Positions 1 through 8,340 of a stretch of 32,000 nt of DNA are shown piece after piece. How positions within the stretch are numbered: the stretch's first letter is position 1; the number at the start of each line of letters is the position of its first letter. Both the position numbers and the translations under genes were made by a program. The DNA comes from Halomicrobium mukohataei DSM 12286 (lineage in GTDB: Archaea > Halobacteriota > Halobacteria > Halobacteriales > Haloarculaceae), in NCBI RefSeq assembly GCF_000023965.1, contig NC_013202.1:180001-212000 (forward strand). Reading direction: 5' to 3'. The notes below the pieces were generated by a model that saw only the letters and a program-made list of their open reading frames with translations, did no database searches and had not been told where the DNA came from.

Positions 1-1
1 C

Positions 2-1336
2 GGGCTCGCGGTCGTCGACGCGGTCGAGGCCGAGCGGCCCTCGCTCCCGGTGATCCTCTTTACCCGGATGGCCAACCGAGACGTGGCACGCGAGGTCTCT
101 GGACGGGACCTGTTCGACTACATACCGATCCAGTCGGGCGACGCACCCTACGATCGTCTGGTCCGGCGCACTCGAACGGCCGCGAGTCGGTACCGAACCG
201 ACCGGCGCGTCGAACAGCTGTCGCGGATCAACGAGATCGTCCGAGACGTGAACCGCGAACTCGTCCGGGCCGACGACCGCGCAGGCGTCGAGCGAGCGGT
301 CTGTGAGGAACTCACACAGCGGGGTGCCTACGAGTTCGCCCGGTTCGAAGGCGGCGAGGAGACCACGGCCCACGGCGACGAGGCGGACGGCGAGACGGTC
401 GACCCGGACGCCCTCGCGAACCACCTCGGGGCGAGCGGGCCGGGCGTCGTCGATCTGGACGAGCGCTGGCAGCCCTACACCGCGGGCATCGTCGTCCCGG
501 TCGCCATAGACGGGGTCGAATACGGCCGGGTGTTGCTGTGTACGACTCGCCCGGACGCCCTCGACGAGACCGAGCAGGAAGTGCTCGGAGAGCTGGGCGA
601 GACGATCGCCGACGCGCTCGACGCCATCGAGACCCAGCAACAGCTGGCCGTCCGCGAGCGGGAGCTCGCAGAGCAGAACCGCCGGCTCGAACGGTTCGCT
701 TCGATCGCCAGCCACGACCTCCGGAACCCCCTCCAGGTCGCCGACGGCTACGTCCAGCAGCTCCGAGAGGAGTCCGACGACGAGCGCCTCGACGAGATCA
801 GCCAGGCGCTGGGACGCATCGGCACCATCATCGACGACGTGCTCGCGCTGGCCCGGACTGGGGACGGTGCGATGACGAAGACGGCTGTCGATCTGACGGC
901 GGCCGTCGAGCGGGCCTGGGAGACGGTCGATACCGGTGGCGCGACCCTGGAGTGTGCGGTGTCGGGGACGGTCCGGGCCGACGAGGACCGCCTCGCGCGG
1001 CTCTTCGAGAACCTGTTTCGCAACGCCATGGAGCACGGCTTCACGGCGTCGGCGACCCAGAATCGGCGAGACGGCGAAAGTAGCAGGGATCTGACCGTCC
1101 GCGTCGTCCCGACCGAGAACGGCTTCGCGGTCGAGGACGACGGCGTCGGCATCCCGCGAGAGAAGCGAGAGTCCGTCGTCGAGCTGGGCCACTCGGAGGG
1201 CGGCGGGACGGGGCTCGGGCTGGCGATCGTGGCCCGAATCGCCGAGGCACACGACTGGACGGTCACTGTCGAGGAGAGCGATGCCGGCGGTGCCCGGTTC
1301 GTCTTCGCCGTCGGCGAGCCGGTGTCCGGCGCGTAG
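2..1336 (+). CDS. Sensor histidine kinase, 5'-truncated at the window edge (receiver-domain tail, GAF-like region, HisKA, HATPase_c)
   Basis: The frame is open from nt 2 (GLAVVDAVEAERPSLPVILFT looks like the end of a receiver domain), so the listed GTG at 50 is probably internal. H-box FASIASHDLRNPL, N-box LFENLFRNAMEH, G-boxes DDGVGIP and GTGLGLAIV. Stop TAG at 1334-1336. Confidence 0.85.
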   Translation, partial: GLAVVDAVEAERPSLPVILFTRMANRDVAREVSGRDLFDYIPIQSGDAPYDRLVRRTRTAASRYRTDRRVEQLSRINEIVRDVNRELVRADDRAGVERAVCEELTQRGAYEFARFEGGEETTAHGDEADGETVDPDALANHLGASGPGVVDLDERWQPYTAGIVVPVAIDGVEYGRVLLCTTRPDALDETEQEVLGELGETIADALDAIETQQQLAVRERELAEQNRRLERFASIASHDLRNPLQVADGYVQQLREESDDERLDEISQALGRIGTIIDDVLALARTGDGAMTKTAVDLTAAVERAWETVDTGGATLECAVSGTVRADEDRLARLFENLFRNAMEHGFTASATQNRRDGESSRDLTVRVVPTENGFAVEDDGVGIPREKRESVVELGHSEGGGTGLGLAIVARIAEAHDWTVTVEESDAGGARFVFAVGEPVSGA

Positions 1337-1381
1337 GCGTCGGCCGAGCGCACCCCGTCGCGGCTCTCTTCTGTAGTAACA

Positions 1382-1445
1382 ATTGAAACGATTTACACAC
1401 CGATCGCACTGCAGTCGTGCGATCGGGTGTGCATTGATTTTCAAT
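1382..1445. terminator. Long imperfect palindrome between convergent genes; candidate bidirectional terminator hairpin
   Basis: Core stem 1396-1409 (cacaccgatcgcac) pairs with 1417-1431 (gtgcgatcgggtgtg): 10 bp, a 1-nt bulge, then 4 bp, with 7-nt loop tgcagtc. Outer stem 1382-1388 pairs with 1439-1445. A T4 run follows on the + strand. It lies between the kinase stop (1336) and the nfo stop (1462). Confidence 0.5.
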
Positions 1446-1461
1446 GGCTACTATAGCAGTG

Positions 1462-2292
1462 TCAGGCGTTCCCCAGCTCTCTGGCGCGTTCGATGTTCCA
1501 CTCGAAGCCCCGGCCGTCCTCGGTCGGGGTCTCCAGAACGAAGGGAACGTCTTCGAGGGCTTCGTGGGTCAACAGCGCGGCCATCCCCTCCTCGCCGATG
1601 TACCCCTCGCCGAGGTGGGCGTGTTCGTCCTTGTTGGTGCCACACTCGTGTTTCGAGTCGTTGAGGTGGATGCAAGCGAGGTTGTCGAGTCCGACCACGT
1701 CGTCGAACTCGGCGATAGTCTCGGCGACGCCGTCGGCCGTCGAGATGTCGTAGCCCGCCGCGAAGGCGTGGGCCGTGTCGACACAGACTTCGAGGTCCTG
1801 CTCGGAGCGGTCGAGCACCTCGGCGAGGTGTTCGAACTCGCCGCCGAGTTTCGTCCCGCTGCCGGCGTCGGACTCGACGAGCACCGTGACGCCGTCGGGA
1901 ATCGTCAGTTCGTCCAGCGCGCTCGCGGCGTTGTCGAGACCGCCCTCGACACCGGCTCCCGTGTGCGCACCGAGGTGGACGTTGACGTACTCGACGCCGA
2001 GTGTGTCGGCGGCGTCGACCTCCTTTTGCATCGAGTCGATCGACTTCGCCCGGAGGTCGTCTTTGGGGGTACAGAGGTTGACGAGGTACGACGAGTGGAT
2101 GACCCACGGGCCGACGCCGTGTTCGTCGCTGCGTTCGCGGAACTGTTCGGCCTCCTCGTCCTCGATGTTCGGGTCCTGCCAGACCTGTGGCGAGTGGCTG
2201 AAGATCTGGCCGCAGTTCCCACCGTAGTCGACCTGTTCGTCGACGGCGTTGTACGCTCCGCCGGCGATCGAGGTGTGTGCTCCGACGCGCAT
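1462..2292 (-). CDS. nfo: Endonuclease IV (AP endonuclease, xylose-isomerase-like TIM barrel)
   Basis: [12 protein letters not shown]...[13 protein letters not shown]...[10 protein letters not shown]...VNVHLGAH...ACIHLNDSK...[10 protein letters not shown] are classic Nfo metal-ligand blocks. I take the ATG at 2292 (MRVGAH) rather than the longer ORF start at 2364. Confidence 0.92.
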   Translation of the reverse strand: MRVGAHTSIAGGAYNAVDEQVDYGGNCGQIFSHSPQVWQDPNIEDEEAEQFRERSDEHGVGPWVIHSSYLVNLCTPKDDLRAKSIDSMQKEVDAADTLGVEYVNVHLGAHTGAGVEGGLDNAASALDELTIPDGVTVLVESDAGSGTKLGGEFEHLAEVLDRSEQDLEVCVDTAHAFAAGYDISTADGVAETIAEFDDVVGLDNLACIHLNDSKHECGTNKDEHAHLGEGYIGEEGMAALLTHEALEDVPFVLETPTEDGRGFEWNIERARELGNA

Positions 2293-2372
2293 ACCGGTGG
2301 ATACGGACGGTCGATCAAAGCACTTCCGAAGGCACCGCCGGGAGTTTTCAACTCGGGGTCCCAAGGTCGAGT

Positions 2373-2663
2373 GTGCCAGCAGACGCGCTCCCGCCGGACG
2401 TGTACGCCGTCCTCGACCAGTTGCTCACCGAGGCCAGTCGAGCGGTCGCCAGCGGCGACCACGAGACCGCGTCCAGCGCCGTCGACAGCGCGGCGACGGT
2501 GACCGAGAACAAGGTGCCACCCGGCCCACAGCGGCGGCTGCTCGACCACTGCTGTGAGACGGTGACCGACCTGCTCGAAGCCGAGGACACCGACGCGGCG
2601 CTGATCCGAGAGTACCTGCGAGCGACGAGCGAGCGACTCGTCGTCGAGGCCGGCGGCTCCTGA
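2373..2663 (+). CDS. Small acidic hypothetical protein
   Basis: Third-position G/C becomes strongly biased only from about 2373 onward. The GTG at 2373 is chosen, with an alternative GTG at 2400. The listed 2277 start is also GTG, has a basic, low-bias N-terminus and overlaps the nfo start. No recognisable motif. Confidence 0.5.
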   Translation: MPADALPPDVYAVLDQLLTEASRAVASGDHETASSAVDSAATVTENKVPPGPQRRLLDHCCETVTDLLEAEDTDAALIREYLRATSERLVVEAGGS

Positions 2664-2741
2664 TACTGCCGGCTGTAACTTCGTTCAGATATTCCCCTCC
2701 CCGAGGTGGCGAAATCCGTGACAGATTTACAGCCGGTAGTA
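2664..2741. repeat. 78-nt element closed by a 15-bp inverted repeat, in a convergent intergenic spacer
   Basis: tactgccggctgtaa (2664-2678) is the reverse complement of ttacagccggtagta (2727-2741) with one mismatch that would be a G-U pair in RNA. A 48-nt interior separates the arms. The element fills nearly the whole gap between the stops at 2663 and 2750. Confidence 0.55.
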
Positions 2742-2749
2742 TGAGGCTG

Positions 2750-3580
2750 TCAGGCCGTCGGGTCCGTCCGCTCGTGGGTCCAGGCGTCCGTCTCGAATTT
2801 CTCGCTCGCGCGCTCGCGCGCACGCGAACTGATCTCCTCTGGCCACGACGTTTCCGCGACGGTCCCACCGAGCGTCGTCTCGACCCACTCGCGGAGTGTG
2901 TCACGGAGCGTCGCGACGGCCGCCGATCGGGAACGGTCGACGTACTCCTCGATACCGCCGACCCGGTCGGCGAACGCGTCCGGTTCCGGCTCGCCGGTGA
3001 AACAGGCACAGTGGCGCGCCGGGGTCGTCTCGAAGGTGAGCGAGCCGTGTTGCACGACGGCGTCTCGCTGTCGATACTGGGCGTTGCCGCTGATCTTGCG
3101 GCCGTCCGGGCCGACCACGTCGTGTGCCGGGTGTAACGCCCGGAGGTAACAGGCGGGCTGGTACACGGCCGGTCGCTCGTCGGTCGCGAAAGCGGCGTCG
3201 ACCCCAATTCCCTCGAAGGCATCAAGGATCGGCTCACAGAGCAGTTCGTAACACGCCAGCAGGTCGCCCGGAACGGCGTCGCCCGGCACGACGATCGAGT
3301 ACGAGATGTCGCCGTCGGTGTCGTGGTAGATCGCACCCCCGCCCGTGGGTCGGCGCGTGACAGTGATCCCCTGGCGCTCACAGTAGTCCCAGTCGATCGT
3401 CGCCGGATCCTGGTTGTAGCCAAGCGAGAGCGTGCTGGGCTCCCAGCGGTAGAGCCGAACCGTCGCCAGCCCGCCGTCGGCGACCATCTCGGCGGTGACC
3501 TCGTCCAACGCCATGTTCGTCGCCCCGTCGTGTGCGCGTTCGTCGACGAAGCGCCACGACAGGTCCCCTAGGTCGGTCAT
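2750..3580 (-). CDS. lplA: Lipoate-protein ligase A family protein (BPL/LplA/LipB catalytic domain)
   Basis: Starts at [11 protein letters not shown] (ATG 3580). Motifs [27 protein letters not shown] and [11 protein letters not shown] (catalytic Lys context) are typical of LplA. Confidence 0.85.
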   Translation of the reverse strand: MTDLGDLSWRFVDERAHDGATNMALDEVTAEMVADGGLATVRLYRWEPSTLSLGYNQDPATIDWDYCERQGITVTRRPTGGGAIYHDTDGDISYSIVVPGDAVPGDLLACYELLCEPILDAFEGIGVDAAFATDERPAVYQPACYLRALHPAHDVVGPDGRKISGNAQYRQRDAVVQHGSLTFETTPARHCACFTGEPEPDAFADRVGGIEEYVDRSRSAAVATLRDTLREWVETTLGGTVAETSWPEEISSRARERASEKFETDAWTHERTDPTA

Positions 3581-3696
3581 GGGACGGCCTACGGCCGGAG
3601 CCCCGAAAGCGGTTGTGGGCGGCGTCGGCGGCGCACATAAATCGGCCTCGCAATCGAGGCACAACGCCGAGGCCGGTCCCCGGCGTACCGCTCGAC

Positions 3697-5328
3697 ATGC
3701 AACGAGCCACGAGAGCATCCACAGAGCCGCTGTCGGTGCTCCCCGAGTCAGCCGTCGTCGGAACGGAGGACCACGAGAACGCGCCAGCGATCGTCGTCCG
3801 CGCGGACGCCGTCGAGTCGGTCCTCTCGACGCTGAAGACGGAGGCGGGCTACGACCACTGCGCCTGCGTCACGGCACAGGAGTACGGCGATCGCTTCGAG
3901 ACGATCTATCACCTCCGGACGTACGACGACCCGACCGACGAACTCTCGGTGGTCGTCCCGACGTTGCACGACGACCCCCACTCCGAGAGCGGGGCGGGCG
4001 TCTACGAAACGGCGGCGTGGCACGAGCGCGAAGCGTACGATCTGCTCGGCATTACCTACGAAGGACATCCGGATCTGCGACGGATTCTACTGCCCGAGAC
4101 CTGGCAGGGCCATCCGCTCCGGGAGTCGTACAACCAGGACAAGCCACAGATCGTCCCGTTTCGCGAACACGAGCGCATTCTGGAGGACCGCCGTTCCGGA
4201 CCGGACACGATGCACCTCAACATGGGGCCACACCACCCCTCGACCCACGGCGTCTTGCACCTGCGCGTGACGCTCGACGGCGAGACCGTCGCGGACGTAA
4301 CTCCCGAGATCGGGTTCATCCACCGCTGTGAAGAGCAGCTGTGTCAGCAGGGAACTTACCGCCACCAGATCATGCCCTACCCCGACCGGTGGGACTGGAG
4401 CGGTGCCGGGCTGCTCAACGAGTGGGCCTACGCGCGCGCCGCGGAGGACCTGATCGGCGTCGACGTGCCCGAGTACGCGCAGGTGATCAGGACGATGAGC
4501 GCGGAGCTGTCGCGGATCCTCTCGCACTTCCTGGCGATCGCGGCCTACGGGCTGGACGTGATCTCGGAGTTCACCGCCGTGTTCCAGTACGGCATCCGCG
4601 ACCGAGAGATCGTCCAGGACATCCTGGAAGACCTCACCGGCCAGCGGCTGATGTTCAACTACTTCCGGCTGGGCGGCGTCGCCTGGGACCTGCCCGAGCC
4701 CCGCGAGACGTTCTGCGAGACCGTTCGGTCGTTCCTCGACGACCTGCCCCAGAAGCTCGAAGAGTACCACGACCTGCTCACCGGCAACGAGATCCTCCAG
4801 ATGCGGACCGTCGACACCGGCGTGCTCCCACCAGAGACGGCCAAGGCATACGGCTGTACGGGGCCGGTCGCGCGTGGCTCCGGCGTCGATTGCGACCTGC
4901 GCCGGGACGATCCGTACGGCTACTACGACGAACTCGACTGGGACGTGGTCACCGAAGACGGATGTGACAACTTCTCGCGTGTGCTCGTGCGCCTGCGCGA
5001 GATCGAGGAGTCGGCCAAGATCATCGAGCAGTGTGTCGACCTGCTCGAAGAGTGGCCCGAAGACGACCGCACGATTCAGGGCAACGTCCCCAGAACCGTC
5101 CGCCCCGACCGCGACGCCGAGATCTATCGGGCAGTCGAGGCCGCCAAGGGGGAACTGGGCATCTACATCCGCTCGGACGGCACCGACACACCAGCACGGT
5201 TCAAGATCAGAGGCCCCTCGTTCTCGAACCTCCAATCACTCCCGGAGATGGCAGAAGGCGAGTACATCCCCGATCTGGTCGCCTCCATCGGAAGCCTCGA
5301 CACGATCATGGGCGAAGTCGACCGGTGA
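3697..5328 (+). CDS. nuoCD: Fused NADH-quinone oxidoreductase subunit C/D (NuoCD-like), stand-alone copy
   Basis: ATG at 3697 (MQRATRAS). NuoC part: [10 protein letters not shown]...[29 protein letters not shown]. NuoD part: [18 protein letters not shown]...[10 protein letters not shown]...[16 protein letters not shown]...[11 protein letters not shown]. No nuoA/B upstream or nuoH downstream. Confidence 0.9.
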   Translation: MQRATRASTEPLSVLPESAVVGTEDHENAPAIVVRADAVESVLSTLKTEAGYDHCACVTAQEYGDRFETIYHLRTYDDPTDELSVVVPTLHDDPHSESGAGVYETAAWHEREAYDLLGITYEGHPDLRRILLPETWQGHPLRESYNQDKPQIVPFREHERILEDRRSGPDTMHLNMGPHHPSTHGVLHLRVTLDGETVADVTPEIGFIHRCEEQLCQQGTYRHQIMPYPDRWDWSGAGLLNEWAYARAAEDLIGVDVPEYAQVIRTMSAELSRILSHFLAIAAYGLDVISEFTAVFQYGIRDREIVQDILEDLTGQRLMFNYFRLGGVAWDLPEPRETFCETVRSFLDDLPQKLEEYHDLLTGNEILQMRTVDTGVLPPETAKAYGCTGPVARGSGVDCDLRRDDPYGYYDELDWDVVTEDGCDNFSRVLVRLREIEESAKIIEQCVDLLEEWPEDDRTIQGNVPRTVRPDRDAEIYRAVEAAKGELGIYIRSDGTDTPARFKIRGPSFSNLQSLPEMAEGEYIPDLVASIGSLDTIMGEVDR

Positions 5329-5752
5329 GAGTCCGCGGCAGTCGGCTCGTGCCGCTGCACTCGAACAGTCGGTCGTCGATCACGCCCGCCCGTCGCAACA
5401 CGCCCAGTCGCACGCCGTTCGGCACCCGGTCGGGTACCGCCAAGTCGGCCGCGTCCAGCAGTTTCTGGAACTTCCGGGACTGGCCGGCCACTTTGCCCGC
5501 CAAACTCCCACCGCCGCTCGCCGCCGCCGGCAGGATCGTCCCCGCGCTGTAGCCGAGCGACCACCCCGCCGCGAACTCTGCAAAGTACTGCTCACCCCTG
5601 TCGAACGGGTTCCGGTCGGCCTGTTGCTCCCGTATCTGCTGGGCCATCATCGCCGGAATCTGGGCGAGGATCTCCGGCCGTTCGAGGATGGCCTCGCCGA
5701 GCTGGACCATCTGGTCGACGAAGCCCAGCGGACACACAGGTTTTGTATCCAT
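5306..5752 (-). CDS. Hypothetical protein with a Gly/Ala-rich hydrophobic centre
   Basis: Strong third-position G/C bias from about codon 8 onward ([20 protein letters not shown]...). [27 protein letters not shown] is a possible membrane segment. The start is uncertain: ATG 5752, GTG 5737 or ATG 5710. The 3' end overlaps the nuoCD 3' end by 23 nt. Confidence 0.45.
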   Translation of the reverse strand: MDTKPVCPLGFVDQMVQLGEAILERPEILAQIPAMMAQQIREQQADRNPFDRGEQYFAEFAAGWSLGYSAGTILPAAASGGGSLAGKVAGQSRKFQKLLDAADLAVPDRVPNGVRLGVLRRAGVIDDRLFECSGTSRLPRTLTGRLRP

Positions 5753-5770
5753 AGCACGTACCGGAGAGCG

Positions 5771-6301
5771 ATGAGTGAACCACAGACTGCCACGGTTGCC
5801 GGTGGCTGTTTCTGGTGTACCGAGGCCGTGTTCAAACAGATCGAGGGCGTCGAGTCCATCACGTCGGGCTACGCCGGTGGCCACGTCGCGGACCCGAGTT
5901 ACGACGCCGTCTGTTCGGGCGAGACCGGCCACGCCGAGTGCGTTCAGGTCGAGTACGACCCGGACGTGATCGACTACGGGGACGTGTTGACCGTCTTCTT
6001 CGCGACGCACGATCCGACGACGAAGAACCGACAGGGCCCCGACGTGGGCAGCCAGTACCGCTCGGCGGTCTTCTACCACGACGAGGCCCAGCGCGAGACC
6101 GTCGAAGCGATGATCGACGACCTCGGCGACCAGTATTCGGATCCGATCGTCACGGAGGTCGAGCCCCTAGAGACGTTCTATCCCGCAGAGCAGTACCACC
6201 AGGACTACTACGAGCGCAACCCGGATCAGGGGTACTGCGCGGTCAACATCGATCCGAAGCTCGAAAAGCTCAACGAGCAGTTCCGGGAGCTACTGGCATG
6301 A
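5771..6301 (+). CDS. msrA: Peptide-methionine (S)-S-oxide reductase
   Basis: MSEPQTATVAGGCFWCTEAVF (GCFWC active site), ...GHAECVQVEYDP..., ...QGPDVGSQYRS..., ...AEQYHQDYY. Confidence 0.95.
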   Translation: MSEPQTATVAGGCFWCTEAVFKQIEGVESITSGYAGGHVADPSYDAVCSGETGHAECVQVEYDPDVIDYGDVLTVFFATHDPTTKNRQGPDVGSQYRSAVFYHDEAQRETVEAMIDDLGDQYSDPIVTEVEPLETFYPAEQYHQDYYERNPDQGYCAVNIDPKLEKLNEQFRELLA

Positions 6302-6720
6302 GCTTCGAGTTCACGACGACGGTCGACGTGCGGTACAACGACCTGGACACGTACGGTCACGTCAACAACGCGCTCTACGGGACCTACGTCGAGGAGGCCC
6401 GCGTCGACTACCTCGAAACCGTCGTCGGCGGCGCGGCGGCCGATATCACCGGGAGCGGCGAGGAGACCGGGATGGTCGTCGCGAACCTCCAACTGGACTT
6501 CGAGCGCCCGATCCGACTGGCAGACGAGGTCACGGTCGGCGTCCGCGTCCCGCGCCTCGGCGAGAAGAGCTTCCCCTTCGAGTACGAGATCCGGACCGCC
6601 GACGGCGAGGTGGCCGCGACCGGAGAGACGACGATGGTCGCCTACGACCGCGGGCAGGGTTCGTCGGTCCCGATCCCCGACAGCTGGCGCGAATCGATCG
6701 GCGAGTTCGAGGGGCTCTAG
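6298..6720 (+). CDS. Acyl-CoA thioesterase, 4HBT/YbgC hotdog family
   Basis: VRYNDLDTYGHVNNALY is the typical N-terminal catalytic block. The ATG at 6298 overlaps the msrA stop (ATGA), suggesting translational coupling. Confidence 0.85.
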   Translation: MSFEFTTTVDVRYNDLDTYGHVNNALYGTYVEEARVDYLETVVGGAAADITGSGEETGMVVANLQLDFERPIRLADEVTVGVRVPRLGEKSFPFEYEIRTADGEVAATGETTMVAYDRGQGSSVPIPDSWRESIGEFEGL

Positions 6721-7073
6721 GGTTCGAGGACGCGCTCGGTGCCGTCCGTCCCGTGGATGGTCACCGCGTGGTTCGTGTGTCTGACGTGAGTGTGGGCCCA
6801 CCGCTTTGCCCCACCTTCTTCGATCCGTTCGACCGTCTCCGGACAGTGGCGACACTCGACGCGCCACGTCGCGACGCCGTCGGGGAAGTGGCCGGTGTGA
6901 TGGCGATGGTCCAGCGCGAACTGCTCGAAGGCCTGGTTGCCGACGGCGTCCAGTTCCTCGCCGAGGTCCCATTCGCGGCCACACCGCCGGCAGCTGATCG
7001 TCGGGTCGTTCGACGGCGGTTCGGTGTCGTCGGGTCCGTTCACGGGCCGCCGTTCGGCGGGTAGCGTCATCAA
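6717..7073 (-). CDS. His-rich zinc-ribbon-like hypothetical protein
   Basis: Two CxxC pairs (CRRC and CRHC) plus His clusters HRHHTGH and HTHVRHTNH; acidic overall. Its stop and the thioesterase stop share the palindrome CTAG at 6717-6720. Confidence 0.6.
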   Translation of the reverse strand: MMTLPAERRPVNGPDDTEPPSNDPTISCRRCGREWDLGEELDAVGNQAFEQFALDHRHHTGHFPDGVATWRVECRHCPETVERIEEGGAKRWAHTHVRHTNHAVTIHGTDGTERVLEP

Positions 7074-7125
7074 CCCCCCGCTCCGGGACCGACGGGGACA
7101 TGGGGACGGAGCGCGTTGTCGGCGT

Positions 7126-7797
7126 ATGGACGAGCGGTCGAGTCGCTTTCGGGTCTATCGGGTCGTCGAGGCAGTCCCCCACATCAACCTCTTCGACACC
7201 GACGGGACGCGACTCTACACGACCTACCAGCAGGGATACGGGGAACGACAGCCCGCGATCGACGGGCTCGAAACGGGCGACCTGATCGAAGGGAGGGTCG
7301 CCGGAGATCCCACGGACGAGGAGGAGGCCTGGACGCTGCGCGAGTTCGATCGGATCGACGGCGTCGATATGGGGTTCGCCACCGACGTGGAGCTTCCCCA
7401 GATCGCCAGAGAGACCTGGGACACGCAGAGCCGTGGGCCGGCACACAGCGTGATCGAAGCGGACGGGCAGCCGGTCGGGGAGTGCTGGGTGCAGCCCCGC
7501 AGTCCACTGCCCGGCGGGAGTTTCGTGCCGTCGGTACTGGCCGGGCTGCTCCCGATGGAAGAGAAGCTGACGACCGTCGTGAGCGCCGACGCGCCGACGA
7601 CCGACGCCGTCTTCCTCGACCCCGATCCGGTCGACGCCGCGTCGTTCAGCCAGCCCTACGGCGTCTTGCTCCTGTTCTCCGAACGGGCCGGCGCGCGTCG
7701 AGAGCGGTATCGCGAGCGCTTCGACTGCCCGCGCGGGACCGACAGCCGGCCCGAATACGACCCGTACGATCCCTCTACCGGCGGTTTCGGGCCGTAA
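7126..7797 (+). CDS. Conserved-looking acidic hypothetical protein
   Basis: ATG at 7126 (MDERSSRFRVYRV), strong codon bias, no recognisable catalytic motif. Divergent from the zinc-ribbon gene across 52 nt. Confidence 0.65.
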   Translation: MDERSSRFRVYRVVEAVPHINLFDTDGTRLYTTYQQGYGERQPAIDGLETGDLIEGRVAGDPTDEEEAWTLREFDRIDGVDMGFATDVELPQIARETWDTQSRGPAHSVIEADGQPVGECWVQPRSPLPGGSFVPSVLAGLLPMEEKLTTVVSADAPTTDAVFLDPDPVDAASFSQPYGVLLLFSERAGARRERYRERFDCPRGTDSRPEYDPYDPSTGGFGP

Positions 7798-7914
7798 CGC
7801 GACGCCGCAGAGAAGAGCTCATCGGCTCGCTCCGAGCCGTTCAGAGGACCGCCGGAGATACTGCGGAAACCGGTAGATACACACCCTTAACAGAGAGAGG
7901 TTGTACTGACTAGT

Positions 7915-8340
7915 ATGGACAGCACCAACGGCAGAGATATCCTCGGACACGTGCTGGTACCGGTCGCTACCGACGACGACGCGTTGGCGACGGCGAGAGC
8001 GCTCGAACCGTACGATCCAGACGACGTGACGGCGCTGCACGTCGTGGAGAAAGGTGATGGTGTGCCGGACAAGACGTCCGTCGAACAGTCCGAAGAGGTG
8101 GCCGAAGCGTCGTACGCCGCCGTCCGGTCGGTGTTCCCCGACGCCGACGAGCACACTGCCTACGGACGGGACGTGGTCCAAGCGATCTTCGCGGCCGCCG
8201 ACGAGGTCGATGCCACCTCGATCGCCTATCGGTCCCGGGGCGGAAACCGACTCATGCAGTTTCTCTCCGGCGATGTGTCGCTGAAGCTGGTGACGAAGGC
8301 GACACGTCCCGTCATCGCCCTGCCACACAACGATGAGTGA
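7915..8340 (+). CDS. Universal stress protein (UspA family)
   Basis: HVLVPVATDD...ALHVVE...IFAAADEVDATSIAYRSRG...GDVSLKLVTKATRPVIALP is the typical USP layout. Confidence 0.85.
   Translation: MDSTNGRDILGHVLVPVATDDDALATARALEPYDPDDVTALHVVEKGDGVPDKTSVEQSEEVAEASYAAVRSVFPDADEHTAYGRDVVQAIFAAADEVDATSIAYRSRGGNRLMQFLSGDVSLKLVTKATRPVIALPHNDE

Noticed and set aside
1444-2502. 352-aa plus-strand ORF
   Set aside because: It lies antisense to endonuclease IV.
4087-5235. 382-aa minus-strand ORF
   Set aside because: It lies antisense to nuoCD and has no motifs. The nuoCD frame carries the conserved NuoD blocks.
6226-7446. 406-aa minus-strand ORF spanning three genes
   Set aside because: It overlaps the thioesterase, the zinc-ribbon gene (in another frame) and the 7126 gene. 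The translation is strongly basic and Arg/Pro-rich, unlike the genuine proteins here.
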